Of a stretch of 64,000 bases of DNA, positions 19,058-28,751 are shown in pieces. Below the pieces are notes generated by a model. It worked only from the letters and a program-made list of their open reading frames with translations. It was not told the origin of the DNA and did not search any database. The translations under genes were made by a program, and so were the position numbers. This DNA is from Acidimicrobiia bacterium (lineage in GTDB: Bacteria; Actinomycetota; Acidimicrobiia; Spongiisociales; ZC4RG35). The number at the start of each line of letters is the position of its first letter. Position 1 is the stretch's first letter. Location: assembly GCA_041744375.1 (NCBI GenBank), contig JBGTLA010000130.1:11443-75442 (forward strand), read 5' to 3'.

Positions 19058-19074
19058 GTTGCGAAGAGCGCAAG
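19058..19074. promoter_or_regulatory. Putative IclR operator, site 5 (GTTGCGAAGAGCGCAAG)
   Basis: 1 mismatch to consensus; abuts a minus-strand TATCCT -10-like element (19052-19057) just before the ATG at 19047. Confidence 0.6.
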
Positions 19075-19497
19075 GGCAGCGCGATTAGAGCAACCACTGG
19101 GGTCGTCTTGGATGTCGGCAGCCCATTGAGGTCAACCCAGTTTCGCTGCCCTCCTGCTCAGATTCCCAAGCCGGAGTGTTCAGCCAGATTGCGCCAAGGC
19201 TGGGTTCGTGCAGCCTTCCAGTTGCGCAGGGTCCGACCAGCGCGGCACTAGAACGTGTGATCGGCGTTCGGCTACATATCAAAGGGATTCGGACCTCGGG
19301 TGCACGAGAGTTCAAACATCCATCAAACCCCAGAAGCGCAAACCCGCAGCGACCCTGGCTTTGTACTCGAGTCCGAGACCGTGCCTTAAGATCTCATCAT
19401 GCGATCGCACCCATGCATCGACGTCGGGGGAGACACTCCTGACGGACTAACGATGACGCGGGGCAAACCCAATGAACCCGACAATTTGGACCGCAGG

Positions 19498-20262
19498 CTA
19501 TTGACCGCCCGTGACCTCAATGGTGACCCCACTTACGTAGTCAGCGTCAGTTGAGGCGAGAAATGCGATTACTCGCGCCGGATCTTGGGGTTCCGCCAAG
19601 CGCTTCAGAGGAACACGTGCGATCGCCTCTTCTTGTTCTTCAAGGCTAAGCCGATTCCACAAACTCAAACCGCGCGTCGTTAGCGTCAAGCCCGGCGCGA
19701 CCGCATTCACCGTGATATTGTTCGGACCTAGTTCGCGAGCAAGCTTGCGCGTGAACGCTGACACACCTGCCTTCGCCAGGGCGTAAGCGGAGCTTGTTCC
19801 ATCGTGGTCGCCTCGCGCTGCGATAGACGACACATTTACAATCTTTCCGCTTCCATGCTTCCGCATTGACGGTGCCACTCCGCTACAAAAGTTGAATGTT
19901 GGCGTCAAATTGAACTCCAAGACGGCTCGCCACTCCTCGAGTGTCATCTCATCGATTGTTGCATCTTGCTTAGAGATCGCTGTGCTGCCGCCGACAGCGT
20001 TAACCAGGATATCAAATCGACCGAGTTGTCGTTCCAGAAACTCGATACAATGCAGCACCTCGTCCACCACGGTAGCATCGCATACGAATGGAACCATTTC
20101 GCCGCTCGCACCCGACACTTGAGCCGCCAATTCATCCAACGCACGCTGTGATACATCCACTGCAGCTACCACTCCACCCTCTCCAACCATTATCTCTGCA
20201 GCTGCCCGGCCGATACCGTTGGCACCGCCAACAATGACTGCTACTTTGCTCTCAAACCGCAT
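19498..20262 (-). CDS. Short-chain dehydrogenase/reductase
   Basis: VGGANGIG, LVNAVG, NVSS, YALAK (YxxxK) and VNAVAPG motifs. Confidence 0.93.
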   Translation of the reverse strand: MRFESKVAVIVGGANGIGRAAAEIMVGEGGVVAAVDVSQRALDELAAQVSGASGEMVPFVCDATVVDEVLHCIEFLERQLGRFDILVNAVGGSTAISKQDATIDEMTLEEWRAVLEFNLTPTFNFCSGVAPSMRKHGSGKIVNVSSIAARGDHDGTSSAYALAKAGVSAFTRKLARELGPNNITVNAVAPGLTLTTRGLSLWNRLSLEEQEEAIARVPLKRLAEPQDPARVIAFLASTDADYVSGVTIEVTGGQ

Positions 20263-20385
20263 ACCGTTGATCCTTCGAACTTGTCTTCCTTTTAACCCAA
20301 CCTGAGCTACCAAGAAATGGACTGAGACTTGCTCGCTTCCTTTCTATCGACCATCCAACCACCCCTGGTTCTGCTGGAATCATCC

Positions 20386-21147
20386 TCAGACATCCTCTGA
20401 AAGTCGATTGGTCCCCGCCGCCCCACCGAGGTACAGGTCCACTACCCTATCGTCGTTCAGCAGCTCTGAACCGGTGCCTTCATATCGATTTCTACCCATA
20501 TCGAGAACGACTCCGTAGTCGGACAATTCCAGTGCGCGCCGAGCGTTCTGCTCCACCATCAACATTGGTAAACCCCGGTCCTTCAACTCCATCAGCTTCA
20601 AGAACATCTCGTCAGCAACCGACGATGAGAGCGCCGCGCTGGGTTCGTCGAGCAGCAAGCAGCGAGGCTGCGATGCGAGTGTTCGCGCTAGGGCGAGCAT
20701 CTTTCGTTGTCCGCCGGAAAGCGTACCCGCTCTTTGGGTTCGACGACCGTAAAGGAATGGAAACTCCTCAAACAGCTGCGACAATACATTTCCAAGGTCT
20801 TTGCGCCTCAGGTAGGCGCCAACCTTGAGATTGTCAAGCACAGTCAAATTTGCGAAGACATTCTCTACTTGAGGTAAGAAGCCAATTCCCAGCCCAGTTC
20901 GTTGGCTCGGGCTCATCTCGACTAGTTCAAATGTTTCGTCTTCATGGTGCAGCACTATAGACCCTTGGCTGGCAATTAGGCCCGCTATTGCCTTGAGCAT
21001 GGTAGACTTTCCAGCGCCATTAGGGCCGACAACAACCAGCAGTTCGCTACGATGTACCACGACGTTGACACTATGGACGATCTTGAGATCTCCGTACCCC
21101 GCCTCAAGATCGGAAATACTGAGCACGGGACGCTCGCGTACCATCAC
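20386..21147 (-). CDS. Branched-chain amino acid-type ABC transporter ATP-binding protein (LivF-like)
   Basis: GPNGAGKST, LSGGQ, LLLDEP and VEQN motifs. Confidence 0.92.
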   Translation of the reverse strand: MMVRERPVLSISDLEAGYGDLKIVHSVNVVVHRSELLVVVGPNGAGKSTMLKAIAGLIASQGSIVLHHEDETFELVEMSPSQRTGLGIGFLPQVENVFANLTVLDNLKVGAYLRRKDLGNVLSQLFEEFPFLYGRRTQRAGTLSGGQRKMLALARTLASQPRCLLLDEPSAALSSSVADEMFLKLMELKDRGLPMLMVEQNARRALELSDYGVVLDMGRNRYEGTGSELLNDDRVVDLYLGGAAGTNRLSEDV

Positions 21148-21917
21148 CGCCGCTCTCCAAAATACGCGTCAACTACGTCCTTCTTAGACCAGACCTCGTT
21201 CGGTGTCCCATCGGCGATAATGCGACCATCCGCCATGACAATAATGCGATCACTGATCTCGCTCACGAAGTCGAGGTCATGCTCAATCAGAAAAAACGTT
21301 GTCTCGCCGGTAAGATTGAACGATCGAATATGATCGAGAAGCTCTCGCTTCAGTGTAGGGCTTACACCTGAGATCGGCTCATCAAGAAGAACCAATCGTG
21401 GCTTGCCCATCAAGACTCGAGCAAGCTCGAGCAGCTTACGCTGGCCACCTGACAACGTACCAGCCAGATGCCGTGCATGAGAGTCAAGTCCCATCAGGTG
21501 AAGCATTTCATGGGCGGCATCAGTCAATTCTGCCTCTCGAAACCGGACTCGTCGTCTACGAACAAAGGCTCCCACTAGGCTTTCGCCCTCGTGCTGACTT
21601 GTGCCCAGCATCACATTCTCAAGCACACTCAACCCAGAAAAGGGTCTAGGAATCTGGAACGTCCTTCGCAGTCCATACCGAGCAATCGTGTCCGCTGCCA
21701 AGCCTCCGATTGAACGCCCATCGAATTTGACCGTCCCCCGATCAGGTTTGAGGTCTCCCGAGACAAGATTGAAAAACGAGGTCTTGCCCGCTCCGTTAGG
21801 GCCTATCAGGGCTGTAAGTTGTCCCTCGGCAATCCTGACATCGACTCCAGCGACCGCAAGCAGACCGTCAAAGCTCCGCTCGAGGGCGTGAGTCTCCAAT
21901 AGAGGGGCGCTACCCAT
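21144..21917 (-). CDS. Branched-chain amino acid-type ABC transporter ATP-binding protein (LivG-like)
   Basis: GPNGAGKTS, RTFQ, LLDEP, IEHD and DAYFG motifs. Confidence 0.92.
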   Translation of the reverse strand: MGSAPLLETHALERSFDGLLAVAGVDVRIAEGQLTALIGPNGAGKTSFFNLVSGDLKPDRGTVKFDGRSIGGLAADTIARYGLRRTFQIPRPFSGLSVLENVMLGTSQHEGESLVGAFVRRRRVRFREAELTDAAHEMLHLMGLDSHARHLAGTLSGGQRKLLELARVLMGKPRLVLLDEPISGVSPTLKRELLDHIRSFNLTGETTFFLIEHDLDFVSEISDRIIVMADGRIIADGTPNEVWSKKDVVDAYFGERR

Positions 21918-22893
21918 GGAGCACACTGTCCTCACGGCGCCCGAGCAAACCTTGGGGGCGAAACGCCATGAGCGCTATGATGAGCAAGCCTACGACTATG
22001 AGCCGGACATAAGCCCTCTCGGCTGCACCCAAGAGGTCGATCGGTGGTATCTCCAAGAATCGCGTGCCCGCATATATCGTGCCGAATACGAGAGATCCCA
22101 CAGGGACCGTCCACCATCGACCCATGCCGCCGAGAATGACAGCTGTCCAAACATACAGAAGTGTTAAAGGAGCGAAGTCGTCCGGAACGAAGAACCCGAA
22201 ATGAAACGCAAACAATATCCCAGCGATGGCACCAATCGCACCGCCCAGCACTCCCACCTGCAGCTTAATTCTCTTAATTCTCTTACCGAGCGCCCCAGCA
22301 GCCAGCTCATCTTCGCGAATCGCCTTCGCGACTCTTCCCCAAGGTGATCGTACAGCCAACGCAAACGGAGCCGATATCAACAGAAACACCGTCCATACGA
22401 TCACAAGCATCGTGACATTGTGCGACACTGGATTCCCGGTGAACGAGCCAATTATTGCCGCGACTTCTGACTCCACCAGTCGCCAACCCGAATCAAACTG
22501 AGAGCCTCCTTCGCCGCCTGGAATCGCGATACTCCCTTGGGCGCCTCCGGTCAGATTGTCTGCATTTCGAGCGACATGCCTAACTATTTCGGCTGACGCC
22601 AAAGTGAAAATGGCAAGATAATCTCCTCGCAAGCGCACCGCTGGCATGGTTGTGACGAAAGAAAACAACATCGCAGCGGCAATTGCTATCAGCACAGCAC
22701 CGGGCAGGCCCACCCCTACCCTTACAGTTAGGATAGCCATCGTGTAAGCTCCTACAGCCATGTACGCTGTCTGAGCGAAGATCATTAGGCCCGTAGTCCC
22801 GAACTGAAGTTGAATCGACAATCCAAGAAGGCTATAGATTCCAGCAATTGTTCCGACTAGTGCCCAGAACTCACCGCTCACCAGGGCGCTCAT
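21910..22893 (-). CDS. Branched-chain amino acid-type ABC permease (LivM-like)
   Basis: RLRGDYLAI, TGG, SPWGR, AIREDE, ILGG and RPQGL motifs. Confidence 0.9.
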   Translation of the reverse strand: MSALVSGEFWALVGTIAGIYSLLGLSIQLQFGTTGLMIFAQTAYMAVGAYTMAILTVRVGVGLPGAVLIAIAAAMLFSFVTTMPAVRLRGDYLAIFTLASAEIVRHVARNADNLTGGAQGSIAIPGGEGGSQFDSGWRLVESEVAAIIGSFTGNPVSHNVTMLVIVWTVFLLISAPFALAVRSPWGRVAKAIREDELAAGALGKRIKRIKLQVGVLGGAIGAIAGILFAFHFGFFVPDDFAPLTLLYVWTAVILGGMGRWWTVPVGSLVFGTIYAGTRFLEIPPIDLLGAAERAYVRLIVVGLLIIALMAFRPQGLLGRREDSVLHG

Positions 22894-23783
22894 CGAAGGC
22901 GCTCTCGTCCGAGAATACCGTAAGGTCTGAAGACCAACACGACCGCCAGAATCGAAAACAAGACGATCGGTTTATAGCGCGGGTCAATTCCTCCTGCGAG
23001 CACGGTCCAAGTGCTGAGCTCGGTCAGAGTCCCGACAACGAGCCCGGCAACCAAAGCCCCGTAGGCATCACCTATCCCACCCAGTATGACAGCGACATAC
23101 ATCGCGAGAATGAACGTTCCACCCATATTTGCATCGAAGCTAGTTAGAACCAATGCCTGTATAACGCCGGCCACTCCGGCTAGACTTCCCGCTATGACCC
23201 ACGCGTGCAGAGTGATGCGGTTAGGGTCAATTCCTGAAACTGCCGCGAGGGATGGATTATCGCCCAGTGCACGTACGGTTCTTCCCACGGTCGAATAGGC
23301 GAGCAAGGCACCTACTGAGAGCATAGCGATTACGGTGATCACGATTCCGATCAATGCGCTCTGAGAGAGACGAACTCCAAAGAGCTCAACAACGCTGAAA
23401 CGATCGACAGCGAAAGATCTGGACGATGGGCCGGCAACAAGGAAGAGTGAGTATCGTATAACTAGCGCCAAACCTAAGGAGCTGAGAAACAGGCTAATGA
23501 AGTTTCGTGCTCCTCGGCGTCGCAGCGGACGCCAGAAGATGACCTCCAATGCGACGGCGAATATCGCAATAGTTGCGACTGCAGCTAACGTAGCAATTAT
23601 AATATGCGCTCCGAGCAGTACGTTGAACCCGAAGGCAGCGAAGGCCGCCAAGGTCAGGTAGTCGCCGTGGGCAAAATTCGCGATGTTCAGCAACCCGTAG
23701 ATCAGTGTTATGCCGACGGCAGAGATCGCCAGCACTGCTCCTGCCGTGAGTCCATTGACAAAGAGCTGGAAGAATTCTGTCAA
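22890..23783 (-). CDS. Branched-chain amino acid-type ABC permease (LivH-like)
   Basis: NFAHG, ILGGIG and FRPYGI motifs. Confidence 0.9.
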   Translation of the reverse strand: MTEFFQLFVNGLTAGAVLAISAVGITLIYGLLNIANFAHGDYLTLAAFAAFGFNVLLGAHIIIATLAAVATIAIFAVALEVIFWRPLRRRGARNFISLFLSSLGLALVIRYSLFLVAGPSSRSFAVDRFSVVELFGVRLSQSALIGIVITVIAMLSVGALLAYSTVGRTVRALGDNPSLAAVSGIDPNRITLHAWVIAGSLAGVAGVIQALVLTSFDANMGGTFILAMYVAVILGGIGDAYGALVAGLVVGTLTELSTWTVLAGGIDPRYKPIVLFSILAVVLVFRPYGILGRERLR

Positions 23784-24361
23784 TCTGCAGTATCCGAAGC
23801 AACGTCGGACTTGAGCTCGTTCGCTGGATGCGGACGGATACGTCGGACCATGCGACCGGGCAGGCTGCTCGAAGATTGCCGGCCAAGTTGCTCGTGCTCA
23901 AATGCACCGAGTGCCTCTTCAAGCGCTTGCACTAGTTTGATATCGGCCCGCATGTCGGTATAGGCGGCCAGCAGGAGATCGTTGGCTCTCTCCGTGACGT
24001 AGAAATAGACGACTCGACGATCGTCTCTTGAACGCTCTCGACGAACAAGGCCAGCAGTTTCGGCGCGCCGGAGGCGCTCTGTAATGCCACTTGCGGAGAG
24101 CTGAAGCCGGCCGGAGAGTTCTTTGACAGTGGTTCGTTCTAGACCGCTGGGTGAGCCCCTTACCATGAGCAACAGGGTGTACTGGTCCGGAGTGAGTCCA
24201 TGCCGTTGACAGATTTCATCTGTCCGACGCGAGAACCGGGCAAGGGCAGCCCGAAACGCCGCAGCCTGTTCATAACCGTGCCAACCATCACCCTGTGACG
24301 CACTTGGAGTGTCAATCGCTTCGGCCTTCATTTGACCAACTAGATCCCGCTTAGCCGTCAT
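23780..24361 (-). CDS. MarR family transcriptional regulator
   Basis: GLTPDQYTLL, winged HTH and GLVRRERSRDDRR motif. Confidence 0.88.
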   Translation of the reverse strand: MTAKRDLVGQMKAEAIDTPSASQGDGWHGYEQAAAFRAALARFSRRTDEICQRHGLTPDQYTLLLMVRGSPSGLERTTVKELSGRLQLSASGITERLRRAETAGLVRRERSRDDRRVVYFYVTERANDLLLAAYTDMRADIKLVQALEEALGAFEHEQLGRQSSSSLPGRMVRRIRPHPANELKSDVASDTAD

Positions 24362-24567
24362 TCAACTAGCAAGGACCAGATCTGCGACATACCGTTCTTG
24401 TCCATTTACCTTTCGACTCCGTCCCCGTGCAGTCGGTCGACTACCAATCCCGCGTTCATTAATTCTCCATTCAAAGTTACGATCGTGAACTAGGCTTCAT
24501 CTCAGGCTAGCGCTCTCGGGGAGCTCGCCTCATAGGGCGCTTCCATCCTGACTGTTCGGGTCGTCTA

Positions 24568-25848
24568 TCAGCCATCCAGCGTGACAACTACTACGTCCCC
24601 GGGTGGAATAGGTTCGCCGCCGCCCGGGTACTGCCAGAACTCAAAGAGACTCGAAGCTGGGTCGCCCTTCTCATCCCAATCGATGCTTCCCCATCCGCCG
24701 TCGTAGTCAATGTTCTCGCCCGAGAGCAGCAATTCAATCGCGAGTTGGACTTCGTCAGGCCCGACCTTTATCCCTGGGGGTCCGGAGACCGAAGCCATGC
24801 TGTCGCGGAATGTCAGAGGATCATCTGAGCCAGAATGAAGCGCTGCTAGGAATGCCAAGATCACCGGATCAAAGCCGAGAGCGTCAAAGCCCGTCAGCTC
24901 TGTGGTGGCTCGCTGCTCGAAAATGGCCTCAAATGCCTCCTTGCCAGGTGATCCCTCGTTAGTTGGCGAAACACCCCGAAGTCCCGCCGTCGACGGATCT
25001 CCCAACTCTTCAAGGAGCGAGGAGTCACGGAACACCTCGATGACGATTGTATTCGCAGGAGACCAGGTTCCCGTCCGTACAAGGGCTGGGCCGAGCTTAT
25101 TCCAGTCTTCAGGTGTCGTATAGATCACCCAGCCGTCGGGATCACCAGAGACCAGTCGTTGAGCCTCGGTATCGTACGTGGGTTGCTCGAGATTCCAAGC
25201 GACCGACTCTCCGATCGCCCCGCCCGCCGCCTGCCAAGCCTCGTCAAACGCTACTCGGGCCGCACCATTCCCCGCATCATTTATGGAGCCTGTGCTAATT
25301 GTGGCCGTCGGTCCTAAGGCATCCTGGGCTGCCTTCACGAACGCTGCTGCTAAGAGAGTATTTGGGTAAATCATCTGCCACACCAGACCTTCGTCGTCAA
25401 GATCCGAGAGTTCCGGAGCGGAGGAGCACATCGATATCTGAAGGATCTTGTTCCGAACGGTTACCGACTGTGCAATGGCAATTGTCTCACGCGTAGCGCA
25501 CGACCCGACAAGAACGTCAATCCCCGTGGTTGCAAGCTTCGTCGCAGCTTCAACCGCCGGCACAGTGTCGCCTTGGCTGTCTTCTACGCCTACAAGATCC
25601 ACCGAAATGCTCTCGTCCAAACCAAGATTAGCAAGGGCCTCCTCAATTACCTCGACTGCCACGCGGCTGGCTTCAGCCTGACCGGGACCAATTGAAGAGA
25701 GGTTGCCAGTTAATGGGGCGACCACCCCGATGCGCAGATCAATCTCAGGCGGAACCACCGTCGTGTCGGGAGCCACCGTCGTGTCGGCCCCGCATGCAAC
25801 CGTCAAGAGGACGATCAGGGTGAGAATGGCGATTCGCCTATGAGTCAT
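24568..25848 (-). CDS. LivK-like ABC substrate-binding lipoprotein
   Basis: Lipobox TVAC, DTTV repeats, IGVVAPLTG and YDGGWGSIDWDEKGD motifs. Confidence 0.88.
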   Translation of the reverse strand: MTHRRIAILTLIVLLTVACGADTTVAPDTTVVPPEIDLRIGVVAPLTGNLSSIGPGQAEASRVAVEVIEEALANLGLDESISVDLVGVEDSQGDTVPAVEAATKLATTGIDVLVGSCATRETIAIAQSVTVRNKILQISMCSSAPELSDLDDEGLVWQMIYPNTLLAAAFVKAAQDALGPTATISTGSINDAGNGAARVAFDEAWQAAGGAIGESVAWNLEQPTYDTEAQRLVSGDPDGWVIYTTPEDWNKLGPALVRTGTWSPANTIVIEVFRDSSLLEELGDPSTAGLRGVSPTNEGSPGKEAFEAIFEQRATTELTGFDALGFDPVILAFLAALHSGSDDPLTFRDSMASVSGPPGIKVGPDEVQLAIELLLSGENIDYDGGWGSIDWDEKGDPASSLFEFWQYPGGGEPIPPGDVVVVTLDG

Positions 25849-25914
25849 TTCTGATCTCCAGAAATCTAGGTGACACGCCCAAATGTTGTGTGTAGTAGAT
25901 CTTCACCCAACTTC

Positions 25915-25929
25915 GTTCGTGACACGAAC
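25915..25929. promoter_or_regulatory. Perfect 15-bp palindrome GTTCGTGACACGAAC, candidate MarR operator
   Basis: 7-1-7 inverted repeat in the divergent region between the LivK-like and IacB-like genes. Confidence 0.5.
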
Positions 25930-26046
25930 TATATTTGCAGAGCGAGGTTGCCACGGTTCGCCAGCGCTGTCAAGTGATTCGGCGGAGTCTCGAATCCGTA
26001 TGCTGTTCCGTTGGACAACACGCCCGTCCAAGGGAAGGAAGACCGA

Positions 26047-26484
26047 ATGCCCGTAGAGGATAAGGGAGACCGAGTGGAAGTCCGAGAGTGGGAATGGCGA
26101 ATGATTGTTAGCGGAACATTCCTCACTCCATGGATGGAAGCCGATCCGGAACAACAACGCCTGGTATTCGCCGCATGGATCGAGGTTCATCGGTCCTGGC
26201 AAGGGGATGGCTGTCGCCTTATTGCCACTATGGACAATCTAACTGCCGTTGGGCCAGCTGCATTGAACCCGAACTTCTCCACCATTTGGGAGATTCCTAG
26301 TCCGAACATCCTTCACGTTCTCTGGGCTCATTTCTGGAACCATCAAGCCAAATACGATCTCAAGCTCGCTAGCTACTTCTCGTTGACCTTCACCATTGGA
26401 AAGCCGATTGTAAGTATGGAGCGTGCCCTCGGCGGTCCACTCGCGGCAACGACTCCTTCAGGTCCCGGATCGTTCGAGCTCTGA
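26047..26484 (+). CDS. Hypothetical protein, IacB-like
   Basis: RBS-preceded ATG. Segments EADPEQQRLVFAAW, GCRLIATMDN-LTAVGP and LASYFSLTFTIGK recall the IacB pattern; recognised from memory, not searched. Confidence 0.45.
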   Translation: MPVEDKGDRVEVREWEWRMIVSGTFLTPWMEADPEQQRLVFAAWIEVHRSWQGDGCRLIATMDNLTAVGPAALNPNFSTIWEIPSPNILHVLWAHFWNHQAKYDLKLASYFSLTFTIGKPIVSMERALGGPLAATTPSGPGSFEL

Positions 26485-26589
26485 TCTCGACACCTCCATC
26501 TCGAAAACCTGAAGCCACCCCGGTATTGGCTGCGGCGAATGCCTCTCGTCGGATGGGGTCCGTGGCGTTGGATGATCCATTCGTTGTGT

Positions 26590-28331
26590 TGGTCGACCAG
26601 GGCCATCGTCGCCTGTAGCCGAGACGACGTACGCGAGATCCAATCCCTCGACCACACCCTCCATCGGTGGCACCCAGAGATCCTCAACCATCACACCATC
26701 GACGCTTCGAACGGACCCACAGAGGGACTGAATCTGGCTTCGCAATGAACCGTGGTTGGCAGCGCCGTATCCTGCGGACGGGTTGAGTAGGCCATTTGAT
26801 GCCGTGGCGTCCGAATATTCGCCGGCATAGTTGTCGAGGTTGGTGAATCCGTGGGCTTGGCGGCGGGTCTTTCGATGAGCATGTGGACGTTCTCGACTCC
26901 GCCGTAGAAAGCTCGGCCGGTGCGGTGGTAGTTGAAGATCAGCTCCGACCAGCGCCTGATGGTTGGGGCGAGGCGTGTGAGTTCGGGGATGTCGGCGTCG
27001 GCGCAGAACGCATAGAAGGCGATCATTCGGCGGCGGACGTGAGCCTCATCGGCGGCGGAGAACACGTCACGAAGGAGCTCTTTGGCGCCGAAGACGGCGC
27101 CGAGTTCCCCGTCGGGGTCACGACAGCCCACAGCGAGCACATCCACTCGAAGCCCTCGTCGGTGAGCCGTTCGTAGCCGGTGAGGAGAGCCCGGCGGACC
27201 TGATACAGCGGGTCGCCTTTTCGTCCTCGGTGCCTCAGGGTGGATTGTTGGACTCGCCGCCCGACTTGGTCGATGGCCCGGTTGGCGGGACGGACACACC
27301 ACCAGTGGTCCACCACCATGATGGCTTGGCGAAGGTGGTCTCCGAGGGCTTGACGGTACCCCGCCGACCGGATCCAACGTCGCTAGCCGGATGTTCTCAC
27401 ACCAGAGGGGCGACACCGCGGTCCGCCAGCCAGTCGCCCACCACATCGCGGCTTCTTCCGTCCAACACGTCGAGGACGTCGAGGACCCGGTGACGGTTCA
27501 AGTCGACGATCTGGGTGGTGTAGACGGTCCGGAACGAAGCGGTGCCGTTGAGGAACCGCTTCTAGTCCACCCCGATCGCCTCCCCACCTCGAAGCGGGAA
27601 GGATCCTCGATGTGGGGCAACGATGGACTCGGCCACCGCCTGGTTGGCGCAATGCCAGCCTACTCCGAACTCAGCAGCCGCAGCCGCGATCGAGTCGCCG
27701 ACGGCATTGACCATCGCGGCGATCCCCAGACGGGCCAGTTCCGTCGGCACAGCCCGGGGCCGGATGTCATCCAGCTGCTTGGTCCAGTCTTGGTGTCACA
27801 GTCCTGCTCCGCACAGCGCGACCGGCGCTTCGATACACACAACACCGTCGGACGTCCCGACACCGCCAGATCCCTCACCAGGCTTCTGGCGTCCGTGACC
27901 CACGGCCCAAGTCCCCACCCCGAGGGCCTCACGAAATCGGCGGTGGTCTCCACGAACAGCCAACTCACCATCCACCACACACCGGGCGCGACCACCAACC
28001 CCGGGCATACCCACCAGCGCGGTGGTGCCACAACTACCCTGAAGAACGGACAAGATCTCCCTTTCTACAGAAGTTCAATCCGCAGAACGGCGGGGCCCCC
28101 TTCCCGCGTCGTGGGATTACCGAATCAGCACTGGAGCTCACAACACCTCACACCCCATCGCGTTTATCCCTGAATCTCGCCATCAAGAGAGTGAACGAGC
28201 CGGCCACGGATTCCGAAACTTCGACCACTACCGGCTCCGATGCCGCCCCGCGCCGGCCGCGTCACCTGACCCAACCGGCCACCACCTTCCCGCATCTGAA
28301 CCCGCCAATCCCCACTCGGACCCAAGAAACC
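26590..28331 (+). mobile_element. Remnant ISL3 (3' part) interrupted by a second ISL3
   Basis: ...DDVREIQSLDHTLHRWHPEILNHHTIDASNGPTEGLNL breaks at 26735 and resumes at 28170 with LNLAIKRV, then after a frameshift RAGHGFRNFDHYRLR. Ends CCCCACTCGGACCCAAGAAACC at about 28331. Left boundary approximate. Confidence 0.75.
26736..28169 (-). mobile_element. Degenerate ISL3-family insertion sequence (frameshifted transposase pseudogene)
   Basis: ISL3 segments spread over several frames (VETTAD...VRDLAVSGRPTVL...KRR, AEFGVGWH, AIGVD, RGRKGDPLY, PELTRLAPTIRRW). Termini GGCTTCGCAATG... and ...CATCGCGTTTATCC; flanked by the 8-bp direct repeat CTGAATCT (26728-26735, 28170-28177). Confidence 0.88.
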
Positions 28332-28751
28332 TCCATCAGACGCTCGAGTCGGAAGAACAGACACGTCAGAGCAGCCGAATGTGGAAAGTCAGGCCCGCTA
28401 TCGACTGCGGCCAGTCCTGAGTGGCCTTACCCTCCTGCCCAAGTCGGTTCAGCTTCCGCGCCGTGGGCGTTACCGTCGGTCCCTCGAGAGACGAGGTTGA
28501 GTGAGTCGGCGTCATGCCGCAGCAAGCAAGATCGTGGTGACCTGGCCAGGCACGAGCCGTGATTGGGGCTGGGGAATGAAGGGCCTTGAGTCGGAACGAT
28601 GTTCTTCGAACGCGCCCGAAGGATGGTACTTCCCTTGGCTTGGCAGCCGGTCACTCGGTTCGCGTCCACGTCTGCCCGGCGTGCCGTCTCCCCTAGTGTC
28701 GGGTGTCCAAGTAGAAGAACGAGCACTCGACGAGCTAACAGGAGACCTGCA

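Noticed and set aside
19080-19497. Non-coding gap with IS-end-like words near 19425-19470
   Set aside because: No matching second end or transposase could be identified.
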